A stretch of DNA of 64,000 bases, from positions 480,001 to 544,000 of the forward strand of contig CBDBLV010000005.1 in NCBI GenBank assembly GCA_965207225.1, given 5' to 3'. Source of the DNA: Dehalococcoidia bacterium (GTDB taxonomy: Bacteria > Chloroflexota > Dehalococcoidia > Plut-88900). Each line of letters begins with the position of its first letter. Position 1 is the first letter of the stretch. Below are positions 9,306 to 19,439 of the stretch, one piece after another. The notes beneath the pieces are model-generated. The model was not told where the DNA came from, did not search any database, and saw only the letters and a program-made list of their open reading frames with translations. The translations under genes were made by a program, and so were the position numbers.

Positions 9306-10136
9306 ATGTCTCGAATCTTCCGACCCAAGAAATCTGGGACGTGGCTGTGGCCCGTGCTTCTCGTTGCCCTCGTGGCCGGGGCCCTCGCCTTTGCCGCCTG
9401 CGGAGGTGAAGATCCCACCCCCACCCCCGAGCCCACCGCCACCCCGGAGCCAACTTCGACTCCCGTCCCCACCCCCACCCCGATGCCCAAGCCCACTGCT
9501 ACCCCCGAACCAGAACCGGAGCCCGAACCCGACTCTTCCATGATGTCCATCACGGACATCGATGAAAACTCCACGGTGGGTGACCTTATAGGCGCCCTCT
9601 CCGAAGAGGAGACCGCCTGCATTACCGCAGCCTTCGGCGAAGTCATCCTCGAGTCTATGAAGGACCAACCCTTGGCCGCAGTCGCCGCCAGCTTCGAGTT
9701 GTTCCCCATCCAATGCCTCTCCGAGGAGAACGCCATCAGCGCCATCGTGACCATGCAGTCCCTCCAGGCCGGCGGCTTCTCCGATGAGAGTATCTCCTGC
9801 CTCGTCGAGACATACGGCGAACACGGCGTCCCCAGCCCGACAGCGGATCAAGTCCAGGCTATGCGCTCCCTCTTTTACGGCCACATGTGCCTCACCGATG
9901 AGGAGGCGTTGGCTCTAACGGGAGACGTTCCGGCAGGCGAAGCCCTCCCCCTCCCATCCCAGCTTCGTTGCGTAGCCGAGCAGACAGATTTGGAGAACCT
10001 CTTCAAGATCCTCGAGGCCTTCGCAATGATGGGCACGGCCACCGAACTCCCCACCCCCGACCCCGAGCTCATGATGGTCACCGCTGAGGTAATGGCCGCC
10101 CAGGAGGCCTGCGGAATCCCGACCTTGGGTCCGTAG
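9306..10136 (+). CDS. Lipoprotein with Pro/Thr linker and Cys-spaced helical domain
   Basis: LAFAAC lipobox, PTPTPEPT linker, six further Cys; GGAGG RBS. Confidence 0.85.
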   Translation: MSRIFRPKKSGTWLWPVLLVALVAGALAFAACGGEDPTPTPEPTATPEPTSTPVPTPTPMPKPTATPEPEPEPEPDSSMMSITDIDENSTVGDLIGALSEEETACITAAFGEVILESMKDQPLAAVAASFELFPIQCLSEENAISAIVTMQSLQAGGFSDESISCLVETYGEHGVPSPTADQVQAMRSLFYGHMCLTDEEALALTGDVPAGEALPLPSQLRCVAEQTDLENLFKILEAFAMMGTATELPTPDPELMMVTAEVMAAQEACGIPTLGP

Positions 10137-10172
10137 CCCGCCGCTCCGCACCCGTAAACAGGACAAAATACT

Positions 10173-10199
10173 TGGGGCCCCGCAATTTGCGGGGCCCCA
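10173..10199. terminator. Intrinsic terminator between convergent genes
   Basis: TGGGGCCCCGCAA-T-TTGCGGGGCCCCA followed by TTCCTTT. Confidence 0.8.
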
Positions 10200-10221
10200 T
10201 TCCTTTCCGAACGCTGCTTGC

Positions 10222-13200
10222 TTATACTGTCAGCCGTCGATACAGGTAAGGCAATCGCTTGGGCAGAGTCTCGATCTCCGGCACCACCTCGTATCCCATG
10301 TCCTGGCACATCGTCTTCAGATAGTCGTGGCCGCCCCGGTCCACGGTCAGGCAGAACGGCACTATCTGCTTCGCCCTGGCCTCCTGCAGCGCCTTCTTCG
10401 TGTCGTGGACTGCGTATTCCTTCTCCACCCCCTCCCGACTGTATCCCCGGTCCTGCGGTCGGCCGTCGCTGATAAGGAACAGCACCTTAGTCCTGGACTC
10501 CTGCACCTCCAGCTTGGAAACGCAGTGCCTGATTGCCGGGCCCATCCGTGTGGCGTGCAATGGGCTGATCTTGTCTATCCGGTTCTTCACCCGCTCGGAG
10601 AAGTTCTCTCCCATGTCCTTGATGATGTAGAACTCCACGTTCTCCCGCCCGTACCCCGAGAACCCGTATATCCCATACTGGTCCCCTATCGTCTCCAGCG
10701 CCCGTATCAGCAGGACCGAGCTCTCCTTCTCCACGTCGATGATCCGCTTGTAGGACTTCCGGCTCCCCTCCTCCCGACGCGCCCTTAGCCACGCCAGGTA
10801 CTCCCGGGGATCGTCAGGCGGGCTCCAGTCATCCACCGCTTTTCTGGCGTCGTCTATCGCCTCCGCTGTGGATGCGCTCATGTCCAGCAGGAACGCCACC
10901 GACACGTCCCGCTGCACCTTGTTCCTGCGCCAGTAGATCTTGTCCGTCGGCGAGTTGCCCGTGGCCTTCTCAACCATCGCCTCCACCACCGCGTCGTACT
11001 CGATGTCATCGCCGTCCGGCAGCCGACGCACCTTGCGGAACATCTCCGGCGCCAGCATCTCGAACTGCCGCTTGATCTGTGCCTGCAGCAGGGCGTGCTC
11101 CTGTAGCGTCTTCTCGTAGAACTCTATGTTCCCCTCCTCCATCACCCGCTCTTTGACGCTGCACCAGTTCGGCTTGTAGTCGTTGGCCCGGAAGTCCCAC
11201 TCGTCGTATAGGAACGTCTTGGCGTCGTCGGCCTGCAGGGGCCCGCCCGCCGGCGGTGAAGTGTCGACGTTGTGACCCTGACCCGGCTCCTGTTGGTCCT
11301 GGCCTATCTGTCCCATCAGGTTGTCCACGAACATGCTCGCCGAATTCGTGATCTCCCCCTCCGACACCTGGTCTATCTCGATCTCGACGCTCTTCTCCAG
11401 CAGTTCTTGCAGCATCTCCGGCGATATCTGCTCCCCGGATGCCTCCGACTGTTCGCCCTGCTGCCCCTGTCTCAGTTTCGCAAGCAGCTGCACCAACTCC
11501 GGTTTGAACTCACCCCTGTACCCGACGTCCTGTGTAGCATCGTAGGGCTGCTCTTCCTCCCCTTCTCCACCCTCGCCCATCGCCGATTCCTCTCCGTCCG
11601 CCCCACCCCCGGCCCCATAGGCCGCAGGCATGGACATGTCCACGTTCGAGTCCTCTTGCTCCATCTCGTCCGTGTTGAAGTCTTCCCACTCGTCCTCGGG
11701 CACTTCCCTGTTCATTAGCTGCCTGATGTAGTCGTACAGCCGGATCGTCGCCTCCGCCGCGTCTTCCACCGCTGCCTCCGGGTCTCGCACCTTCATCAGG
11801 ATTCTCACAAGCTCTTCCACCTGCTCCCGGATCTTGATCGGGACCTTCAGCTCTTCCTTCTGGTCCAGGCTGATCCGCATCAGCAGTTCGACAATCGCCT
11901 CCTGCAACGGCAGGGACTGGATGTCGGGCCTCTGGGACAGAGCATCGGCCTGCGTCAGCCGGTACGACTTCCGGATGCCCTTGTATTCGTGCATCACCCG
12001 GGAGTCGAGCCTCGTGTCCTCCGACAACGTGAACAGGTCGTAGGCCAGCTGTCTCTCGGTGAACAGGTCGAAGTACCGTTGTAGGTCAACAGTCGCATGG
12101 GACGCTCCGTTGGCCTCGGTAACCCATTCCTTTCGCATGTTCGGGAAGAACACGGCTTCCTTGTCGAACTCGAACTTGAAGCTCCCGAACTCCAGGTGTG
12201 CAACCTGATGGGTCCCGACTACCTTGTACCACCCGAAGTTCTCATCCTTGGACGGGTACTTTCTCACGAACGGTGGCAGGTACACTGACCGGCCTTCCGT
12301 GGTCGGGTTGTCCCCCGACACCCACCCGATTCCCTTGTCCCGCAGGTCTTCTCCCGTCTGGATCTGCACGTCGATGCCCGTCAGGGCCACGGCGTACATC
12401 CAGAGGATTTCTCTCACCTTGTCCAGCTCCACCCCCGATGAAAGCTCCTCCAAGACCCCCCGCCCCTTCACCGACTCCAGCTTGAAGTATGCTATCCCAC
12501 CCTCTTCGTTCTCCCGCAGTATCCCCATCCCCTCGTCGAACCAGCGTATCAGGTCCGTTCGAGGGATCTTTTGCAGCACCAGCGGGCTTGTCGTCAGGAA
12601 GTCCACCACCGCATACGGCGATTCAGCCAGCAGTGCGCCGGACAGCTTCAGGAGCTCGCCCTGGGTGTCCCCATCCACCTCCCCAAGGGCCTTTGAGGAC
12701 TCCACAAGGAAGTTCTGAATGTGGCTGGCGTCTTTCTTTGCAAACCGGTCTGCCAGGTCCAGGAACCGACCCCTCTGCTCCCGGTCTATTCGACCCAGGA
12801 TCGCCCCCCCCGACTCAAAGCTTGCCTTGGCATCCCGCCAGTTCAACTCGACCATGTTGGAGACCAGCGAAAGGAACCCGCGCCTGTCCTGCTTCTCCAT
12901 GCTTCGGAATACCGGCTCCGCAGACGCCAGGCACTCGTTGGCTAGGTCATACGAACGGCGGGAAAGGGCGTCGAGAAACGTTACAAATCGACGAAATTCG
13001 CCGAGCGTCATATATCGCAACAGGGAGGGTGAGGTCTCGAAGAAACGTGATGACAACGTCCCCGACTTCCACGTCCCCTTGTACAACCCCTTGCCCAGCG
13101 ACACCCAGTCCCCTATCTGGTGGGGTGTTAGGTGCGCCAGCGCCTCGGGGCTGGAGTGAAAATACGTGGTAGACAGCACCGCCGACTCTTTCGCCAGCAC

Positions 13201-13470
13201 CTTCCCCCATCGTGCCCACTCCATGAAGTTCGGGAACGGCAGCTTGGCCAGCACCTGCGGCGTTACCCTGAAATACTCCGCCCCCGCCTCCCAGGACCTG
13301 AAAGAGTGCTTGGCAATCGATATGCCCTCGGTAGCCCAGGACCTGAAGTCTTCCTCCCGAAGTATCCCTGCCAGCAGCCTCGCCGAGGTCCTGTACTGGC
13401 TCACTACCGCCGGAGGAAAGCTCGTAAGCTCTGTCTCGTACCCGTCCTGGACCTTTTTACTTATCGCCAT
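10222..13470 (-). CDS. Large CbbO/NorD-type von Willebrand A protein
   Basis: C-terminal VWA with MIDAS (LDMSAS, TRMG, ISDGRP), YDEWDF motif, HQVAH; long N-terminal helical extension. Confidence 0.9.
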   Translation of the reverse strand: MAISKKVQDGYETELTSFPPAVVSQYRTSARLLAGILREEDFRSWATEGISIAKHSFRSWEAGAEYFRVTPQVLAKLPFPNFMEWARWGKVLAKESAVLSTTYFHSSPEALAHLTPHQIGDWVSLGKGLYKGTWKSGTLSSRFFETSPSLLRYMTLGEFRRFVTFLDALSRRSYDLANECLASAEPVFRSMEKQDRRGFLSLVSNMVELNWRDAKASFESGGAILGRIDREQRGRFLDLADRFAKKDASHIQNFLVESSKALGEVDGDTQGELLKLSGALLAESPYAVVDFLTTSPLVLQKIPRTDLIRWFDEGMGILRENEEGGIAYFKLESVKGRGVLEELSSGVELDKVREILWMYAVALTGIDVQIQTGEDLRDKGIGWVSGDNPTTEGRSVYLPPFVRKYPSKDENFGWYKVVGTHQVAHLEFGSFKFEFDKEAVFFPNMRKEWVTEANGASHATVDLQRYFDLFTERQLAYDLFTLSEDTRLDSRVMHEYKGIRKSYRLTQADALSQRPDIQSLPLQEAIVELLMRISLDQKEELKVPIKIREQVEELVRILMKVRDPEAAVEDAAEATIRLYDYIRQLMNREVPEDEWEDFNTDEMEQEDSNVDMSMPAAYGAGGGADGEESAMGEGGEGEEEQPYDATQDVGYRGEFKPELVQLLAKLRQGQQGEQSEASGEQISPEMLQELLEKSVEIEIDQVSEGEITNSASMFVDNLMGQIGQDQQEPGQGHNVDTSPPAGGPLQADDAKTFLYDEWDFRANDYKPNWCSVKERVMEEGNIEFYEKTLQEHALLQAQIKRQFEMLAPEMFRKVRRLPDGDDIEYDAVVEAMVEKATGNSPTDKIYWRRNKVQRDVSVAFLLDMSASTAEAIDDARKAVDDWSPPDDPREYLAWLRARREEGSRKSYKRIIDVEKESSVLLIRALETIGDQYGIYGFSGYGRENVEFYIIKDMGENFSERVKNRIDKISPLHATRMGPAIRHCVSKLEVQESRTKVLFLISDGRPQDRGYSREGVEKEYAVHDTKKALQEARAKQIVPFCLTVDRGGHDYLKTMCQDMGYEVVPEIETLPKRLPYLYRRLTV

Positions 13471-13474
13471 GTCG

Positions 13475-14077
13475 TTAGCTTATCAGAGTTAGGAACTGCG
13501 TGAGCATCCGGGCCGTGGCGCCCCATATCACGTGTCCCTCGAATTTATAGGCCCTGTCCTGGTAGACGCCCCCGTCGTGCTCTACCCTGACGGTCGTATG
13601 GTTCTCCGGCGATAGAAGGTGCTCGATGGGAGTCTCAAGCACCTCCGCCACTTCAATCTCGCTGGGATTGTACTCATACGGGTAGGGAAAAACCCCGACA
13701 AACGGCGAGACCACGAAACCGCTGTGAGTCCCGTAGTCGTCCAACTCCCCCAGCACCGTCACATCCTCCTGCCTGATGCCCATCTCCTCCCACGTCTCCC
13801 TCAAGGCCGTCGTCTCTAGGTCCGGGTCGTCCTCATCCATCATCCCGCCCGGAAACGAGATTTCTCCCTTGTGGTGCTCAACCTTGTGAGTCCTTACGTT
13901 GAAGATTGTATGGAACCGCCCGTCCTTCTCCATCAGCAGGATCATAACTGCCGCCGGCGCCCGACCCTCCGCTGCCACCCGCGTCTTCTCCCTGTTTGAA
14001 AGAAGCCGTGCGACCTCTTGGGGAAAAGTGGTGGTACGCGTGTCCAGCATCGTCAGAGGGGTGTCGCCAGTGCTCAA
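13475..14077 (-). CDS. CoA pyrophosphatase-like Nudix hydrolase
   Basis: HKGEISFPGG, Nudix box ALRETWEEMG, IWGATARML; start may be ATG 14050. Confidence 0.9.
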   Translation of the reverse strand: MSTGDTPLTMLDTRTTTFPQEVARLLSNREKTRVAAEGRAPAAVMILLMEKDGRFHTIFNVRTHKVEHHKGEISFPGGMMDEDDPDLETTALRETWEEMGIRQEDVTVLGELDDYGTHSGFVVSPFVGVFPYPYEYNPSEIEVAEVLETPIEHLLSPENHTTVRVEHDGGVYQDRAYKFEGHVIWGATARMLTQFLTLIS

Positions 14078-14980
14078 TTACTCGAATATGCTGAACACCA
14101 CTTCTTCCACGCTGCGCTGGACCTCAGTGTCGTCCGACAGGGCCCAGACCACCGCTACCTGGCAAGCCCGGCGAGCTGGAATCCCCTTCTTGATCAACCT
14201 TCCTGCGTAGATTAGAAGTCGGGTGCTGGCCCCCTCCTGGAGCCCGTGCTCCCGCAGGTTCCTCACCTTCTCCCCCAGCTTCGCCAGGTCCTTTGCCGCC
14301 TCAATCGAGCAGCCGCTTTCGTGCGCTATGACCTCCTGCTCCACGTCCTTCGGCGGGTAGTCGAACTCTATAGCAACGAACCGTTGACGGGTGCTGTGCT
14401 TAAGGTCCTTCAGCGCACTCTGGTACCCCGGGTTGTAGGAAATTACCAGCAGGAAGTTGTCTGCCGCCTCTAGCAGTTCGCCTCGCTTCTCTACGGGCAG
14501 GATTCGCCGGTGGTCGGTCAGCGGGTGAATCAGGACCGTCGTGTCCTTCCGGGCCTCGACCACCTCGTCCAGGTAGCAGATGCCCCCGGCCTTCACCGCC
14601 CGGCTCAGCGGCCCGTCCACCCACACCGTTCTGTCTCCCTCCAGCAGGTACCTGCCGACCAGGTCACTGGCCGTCAGGTCCTCGTGGCAGGCCACCGTGA
14701 CCAGGGGGAGGCTGGTGGTCCCGTTGCTCTGGGCGCCCTGCGTGTCCTTGGACTTGACCACCGTCAACGGCTCCCCGAGCTTGTACGCCATGTACTCCAC
14801 GAAACGGGTCTTCCCGCAGCCCGTCGGCCCTTTGAACAGCAGGGGAATCCTCTCCTCGTAGGCGGCGTGGAAGATTTCGACTTCATCCGCCACGGGCAGG
14901 TAGAACGGCTCCTCCCGGAGCACGTACTCCTCTATCAGGTATCCCCGGTATTCCTCTTTGGTCACGCTGGTGGAGGTCAT
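14078..14980 (-). CDS. CbbQ/NirQ/NorQ-family AAA+ ATPase
   Basis: [49 protein letters not shown]. Confidence 0.95.
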   Translation of the reverse strand: MTSTSVTKEEYRGYLIEEYVLREEPFYLPVADEVEIFHAAYEERIPLLFKGPTGCGKTRFVEYMAYKLGEPLTVVKSKDTQGAQSNGTTSLPLVTVACHEDLTASDLVGRYLLEGDRTVWVDGPLSRAVKAGGICYLDEVVEARKDTTVLIHPLTDHRRILPVEKRGELLEAADNFLLVISYNPGYQSALKDLKHSTRQRFVAIEFDYPPKDVEQEVIAHESGCSIEAAKDLAKLGEKVRNLREHGLQEGASTRLLIYAGRLIKKGIPARRACQVAVVWALSDDTEVQRSVEEVVFSIFE

Positions 14981-14987
14981 TCCAACC

Positions 14988-15590
14988 CTACTTTCTGGTC
15001 CCTACTCTACTGTTCCAGATTTCTTCTATTTGCGCTTTAAGTTCATCCTGCCCCGAGTCATTGTGGATTACAACATCCGCCCGCTTTATCCGCTCCTCAG
15101 CAGACATCTGGGAGTTGATACGGTCCCTTGCCTGCTCTTCCGTCAACCCCCGGGACTCCGCCAATCTCTCAATCATGCTCGATTCAGGGGATACGGTCAC
15201 CCACACCTCGTCAGTCAGGGAGTCCCATTTGGCCTCTAACAGCACCGCCGCCTCCACCACCATCACCCCCGTCCCCTGGGCCTTCTGCTCCTCGATCCTC
15301 TCCGCCACGATGTCTGCCATGCGGGGCCACATGATGTCGGTCAGCTTCTTCATGTTCGCCGGGTCGCTGAACACTATCGCACCCAGCTTTCCCCGGTTGA
15401 TCTGCCTGTCCTCCCCTACAATCTCGCGACCGAACGTCGATACAACCTCGTTGTACGTGGGGGTGTCCGGGAGATAGGCCTCATGCCCGACCCGGTCTGC
15501 GTCCAGCACCTCCGCCCCCAGCTCCTTTAGCATCGCCGATACCGTGGTCTTGCCCGTAGCTATGCCGCCCGTCAGCCCTATCACTAGCAC
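14988..15590 (-). CDS. coaE: Dephospho-CoA kinase
   Basis: [32 protein letters not shown]. Confidence 0.95.
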   Translation of the reverse strand: MLVIGLTGGIATGKTTVSAMLKELGAEVLDADRVGHEAYLPDTPTYNEVVSTFGREIVGEDRQINRGKLGAIVFSDPANMKKLTDIMWPRMADIVAERIEEQKAQGTGVMVVEAAVLLEAKWDSLTDEVWVTVSPESSMIERLAESRGLTEEQARDRINSQMSAEERIKRADVVIHNDSGQDELKAQIEEIWNSRVGTRK

Positions 15591-15727
15591 GTCAATTGTC
15601 CTGAGGGCCGGAGGGCGCGTTGCATTGGGATATGGCGCATTCGTTCAATCGCTCACAAAGGGTGGAGGTCATTCTAGCAACCGCCAATTTGGCGGTCAAG
15701 AAAACCGGCCTCTTCCCTCTTCGGGCC

Positions 15728-16027
15728 TTAACCCTCCTCTGACAGGTCGGTGCAGACCCGAACCAGCGACGGGCGACTCAGCAGCGGCGCTATGTTGTCC
15801 TCCAGCATCCGCCTCTCTTCGCTCGACTCCCACCTCTTCCAGTCCTCTATGTCTCTCCAAATGCTGATGACAACCAGTGCCGTGTTGTCTTCTATGTCGA
15901 TCAGGCTCTCACCCGAGATATATCCCGGTTGCCGTATCGCCGCCGCCCGAAGCTCCGTGGCAATTGCCAGGACGTGGTGTGCCTGGTGTGGCGCCGTATG
16001 CCGCTCGATCAAGACTTTCGCTTGCAT
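15728..16027 (-). CDS. Antibiotic biosynthesis monooxygenase (ABM) family protein
   Basis: QPGYISGESL, VISIWRDIEDWKRWESSEER; ATG 16027 follows a GGAG RBS. Confidence 0.82.
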   Translation of the reverse strand: MQAKVLIERHTAPHQAHHVLAIATELRAAAIRQPGYISGESLIDIEDNTALVVISIWRDIEDWKRWESSEERRMLEDNIAPLLSRPSLVRVCTDLSEEG

Positions 16028-16079
16028 TTGCCGCTCCTCCCCTTTTCTTCGTATTTTCCGCCCTTCCACCGACTCCCCG

Positions 16080-17255
16080 CTACTCGAATGGTATCTCTAC
16101 CAGGTCCACCGGCTCCAGGGTCAACTGCTCGGACCCGTCCGCCGTTATCACGTGGACATCCTCCCACAGTAAGTTTAGCCCGACTTCCGGCTCGGTGCTT
16201 ATGATCATACCTTCTTCCAGCACCGTCTGGTCGTCGGGGCTCACCGAGGGCGGTTCCGTCAATTGGATCCCCTGCCCGTGTCCCATCCGCCCCACCGGTG
16301 CCACCTCGAACCCCGACTCCTCGATTACCTCCGCCCCGATTTCGTGCAGCTCGGCGCACGTCAACCCGGGACGCAGGGCCTCCGTCATCCGCCGGTTTGC
16401 TTCCAGCAATACACTGTGCCCTCTTATCTGCTCGGAGCTGGCTGGCCCCAACGTCGCGAATCGGGCATAGTCGATTGTGTAGTTCCTTACGTACGCGCCT
16501 GCGTCAATGTAAAGGAGCCCTCCTCGTTTCAGGGGTCTGTCCAGGTGAAACTGGGTCTGGCTCACCGGCAAGTCTGCCGTCAAATGAACGAAGGAGGTCC
16601 GGTCCCCGCCCTCTTCCAGTATCAGCGCCCTGAGTCTACGAACTACGTCCCGCTCCGTCATCCCCGGCACGACCTCACGGAACAACCTCTGCCTCGCCCG
16701 ACCCGTGATCGCCGCCGCCTGCCTCATGTACTCCACTTCTTCCGGCGTCTTCACCATCCTCAGCTTCACGAAGATGTCTGCCGCATCCTCGAAGCTCACC
16801 TCCGGCACACTCCCGACCAGTTGCAGGTAGTCCCCCACCGGGACCCCCATCCTCTGCTCCATCCCCAGCTCCACCCCGACCCGCTTCACCCTCGGCCCCA
16901 GCCCCCTGATTGCGTCCTCCACCATGTTCACCGGGAAGGAAAGCACGTCTGTATAGCCTCGGCCATCGCTGATATATGTCGACATGTGGATCGTATCCAC
17001 AATCATCGCCCCGACTATCGCTACCGGCTCCCCGACGAGCGGAAACACCAGCACCGCGGGCCTCGTGCTCGAATAGTGCAGCGCGAGCGATCCCGTGGCC
17101 CCCGTGAAATACTGGAAGTTCTCTTCGTTCGTCACCAGCAGGGCATCCAGCCCCTTGGCAGCCATCATCTCCCGCGCCCGGCTGTGCCGCCTCTCGATGT
17201 CCTCTTTCGAAAACGCCGCCCAAACCCCGAGGTCTGCTATTTGTTCGCTAGCCAT
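16080..17255 (-). CDS. M24 (Xaa-Pro peptidase/creatinase-fold) hydrolase
   Basis: LRMVKTPEE, D-x10-D, GHGQG, TEP and WED metal ligands. Confidence 0.9.
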   Translation of the reverse strand: MASEQIADLGVWAAFSKEDIERRHSRAREMMAAKGLDALLVTNEENFQYFTGATGSLALHYSSTRPAVLVFPLVGEPVAIVGAMIVDTIHMSTYISDGRGYTDVLSFPVNMVEDAIRGLGPRVKRVGVELGMEQRMGVPVGDYLQLVGSVPEVSFEDAADIFVKLRMVKTPEEVEYMRQAAAITGRARQRLFREVVPGMTERDVVRRLRALILEEGGDRTSFVHLTADLPVSQTQFHLDRPLKRGGLLYIDAGAYVRNYTIDYARFATLGPASSEQIRGHSVLLEANRRMTEALRPGLTCAELHEIGAEVIEESGFEVAPVGRMGHGQGIQLTEPPSVSPDDQTVLEEGMIISTEPEVGLNLLWEDVHVITADGSEQLTLEPVDLVEIPFE

Positions 17256-17282
17256 TCTTGCTCCTGTTGCTGCGGATCTGCA

Positions 17283-18383
17283 TTAGTTTAAGCCGTACAA
17301 CCTCGCGCAGTTGTCCCACAGGATCGCCTTCCTTGCCTTATCCGAAAGCGGCATCGAAAGGAACCCCTCTATGGCATGGGGGAACTTCGAGTCGTTGTGA
17401 GGATAGTCCGTCGAGAACACCACGTTTTGCGTCAAGTCCCAGTCCTCGATGATCGTCGCCGGTGACTCGTCCGCCTCTATAGAGACATAGCACTGCCGCC
17501 TAAATGCCTCAGAGGGCTTCAGCTTCATCTCTGGGCTCTCGTACTTCCCCGAAAGCTCGTAGTGCTCGTCCAGCCGCCACAACAGCCACGGCGTCCACGC
17601 CGAGTTGCCCTCCAGAAAAGCCACCTGCATCTTCGGAAACCGCTCCAGCACCCCGCTCCCGCACATCGACACCACTCCCAGCATCATCTCCATAGGATGG
17701 CAGCAGGTGTGGTGCATCATGTACGTATCGAAGCCCTTGCCCACCTGGTTCATCGCCGCCGTTGCCCCTTCGTGAAACCCGACCGGCACCCCCAGCCCTT
17801 CCAGCGTCTCCCAAAGCGGGTAATAGTGAGGGTCATACCAGTTCCGACCCTCCACCACGTTCGGCCGCATGAACACCGACCTGAATCCCATCTCCTCCAC
17901 AACCGACTCCGCCTCCCTGCTCGCCGACTCCACGTCAAAGGGACTTACCATCCCCGCTCCTATCATCCGCCCTGGATCCGCGCTGCAGAAGTCCGACAGC
18001 CACAGGTTGTACGCCCGGGCCACGGCCACGCTCAGCTCTGGGTTCATGCTGTCCAGGGCCAGCGCGAACAACCCTCGGCTCGGGAACAGGATCGCCACGT
18101 CGATTCCCTCGGCGTCCATAGCCCGCAGCTGCGACCCTGAGTCGAAGTTGTTGGCGTATCCGTCCGCGTAGACTCCCGCCTGTTCGTCCGCCCTGCTCTT
18201 CCCCCACCCCGAGGGCGGGTCCGGCATGACTCTGCCCTCCACCTCTATCTGCATGTCCCCCGGCCACCTCGATGCCCCCTGGGGCCTCCGCTCACTGAAT
18301 GCCGGGTCGATATACCGGTCCCATAAGTCTGCAGGCTCTATCACATGCATATCCGAGTCCATGACCCGGAATCCGTTTTTCAT
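17283..18383 (-). CDS. Amidohydrolase_2 family protein
   Basis: DSDMHVIEP, AYNLWLSDFC, FSTDYPHND. Confidence 0.9.
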   Translation of the reverse strand: MKNGFRVMDSDMHVIEPADLWDRYIDPAFSERRPQGASRWPGDMQIEVEGRVMPDPPSGWGKSRADEQAGVYADGYANNFDSGSQLRAMDAEGIDVAILFPSRGLFALALDSMNPELSVAVARAYNLWLSDFCSADPGRMIGAGMVSPFDVESASREAESVVEEMGFRSVFMRPNVVEGRNWYDPHYYPLWETLEGLGVPVGFHEGATAAMNQVGKGFDTYMMHHTCCHPMEMMLGVVSMCGSGVLERFPKMQVAFLEGNSAWTPWLLWRLDEHYELSGKYESPEMKLKPSEAFRRQCYVSIEADESPATIIEDWDLTQNVVFSTDYPHNDSKFPHAIEGFLSMPLSDKARKAILWDNCARLYGLN

Positions 18384-18440
18384 GTTCTTGTCCCCCTGGT
18401 AACGGGAAGGGCAGCTTGGACAGCTAGGATAGGACGAAGC

Positions 18441-19337
18441 CTAGTTGTTGCTGAACCGCTCGTCTATATCCAGCAGGAATCGCTCGACCTGCGGAGATAA
18501 GGGCGGCGCATCCTCGTCCTCTTCCTCAGCTTTCTCCTCCTCGGCCCGAGCGTCGTACATCGACTCCAGCCGCTGCACCAGGTTCCGCAGTTCCGGGCTT
18601 CTCGCCACCGTCCGACCCAGCTCCACGTACTGCTGCTCCGCCTTCTCTCTGGCCTGAAGTTCTTGCGGAAGCCCGTAGAGCTCGCTCAGCACCCCCAGCA
18701 CCGCCGCCGCCCCCGATAGGTCCTCTTCCATCTGCACGTATTGCGGCAGATGAACTGTCAGGTTCCCCGTCTCCAACCCCAGCTTCTGGGCTTTCCGGGA
18801 GATCATATAAAGGATGCTCGTCGGGCCTTCGTAGGTGCTCCTCTTGACCTTGAATCGCTCTGCCAGCGTCTCGTCTATCCCCTCCATCCTCAGCGACCCC
18901 GAGATCCGCAGAGGCCGCGTATGCGGCACGACGTCGTACATCCCCCCTACCAGTAGGTACCGAGTCACCCCCAGCTCTTTGAAAAGCTCCAGGACCGAGT
19001 CTATGTACTCTTCCCCCAGCGAGTGCGGCTCCAGCAGGTGTACGAACAGTAAGTCCGGCAACCCCTCCGCCCGAGAGTAGTTGATGAACGTGTTGGGAAT
19101 GGTCACCTCTCGTTCACCATTCACGTACCTCAGCATCGGCCGGTAACGCGTGAAGTCGAAAAATCTGCCGGGCTCTGCCAGCTTGGCCAGTTCGGAGGCG
19201 TTTAGGTACTTCTCCAGCCTGCCCAATACGGTTGTCCCGACACTCCCCACGTCCACCCAGGGCCTCATCATCGCAATCGCGTGGGGCTCTCTTAGTTCGG
19301 GTAGGGGTTCCGTAGTTTCAAATGCCTTAACTCTCAC
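18441..19337 (-). CDS. PAC2 (proteasome assembly chaperone-like) family protein
   Basis: PWVDVGSVG, FFDFTRYRP, VPHTRP, YEGPTSI, LPQYV, VERFL. Confidence 0.88.
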   Translation of the reverse strand: MRVKAFETTEPLPELREPHAIAMMRPWVDVGSVGTTVLGRLEKYLNASELAKLAEPGRFFDFTRYRPMLRYVNGEREVTIPNTFINYSRAEGLPDLLFVHLLEPHSLGEEYIDSVLELFKELGVTRYLLVGGMYDVVPHTRPLRISGSLRMEGIDETLAERFKVKRSTYEGPTSILYMISRKAQKLGLETGNLTVHLPQYVQMEEDLSGAAAVLGVLSELYGLPQELQAREKAEQQYVELGRTVARSPELRNLVQRLESMYDARAEEEKAEEEDEDAPPLSPQVERFLLDIDERFSNN

Positions 19338-19439
19338 TCCTCACCTGCCCCCGCTTGATAGGACTGCCCCGGCGTCCAGTTCGGGCGCCGGGGGACGTGT
19401 CCCAAATTCTTGTTCGGGCCCTTGGCCCCTGGCGGCGCA

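Noticed and set aside
14078-14980. Carbon fixation or denitrification inferred from the cbbQ/norQ-like gene
   Set aside because: No Rubisco, PRK or nor structural genes in the window.
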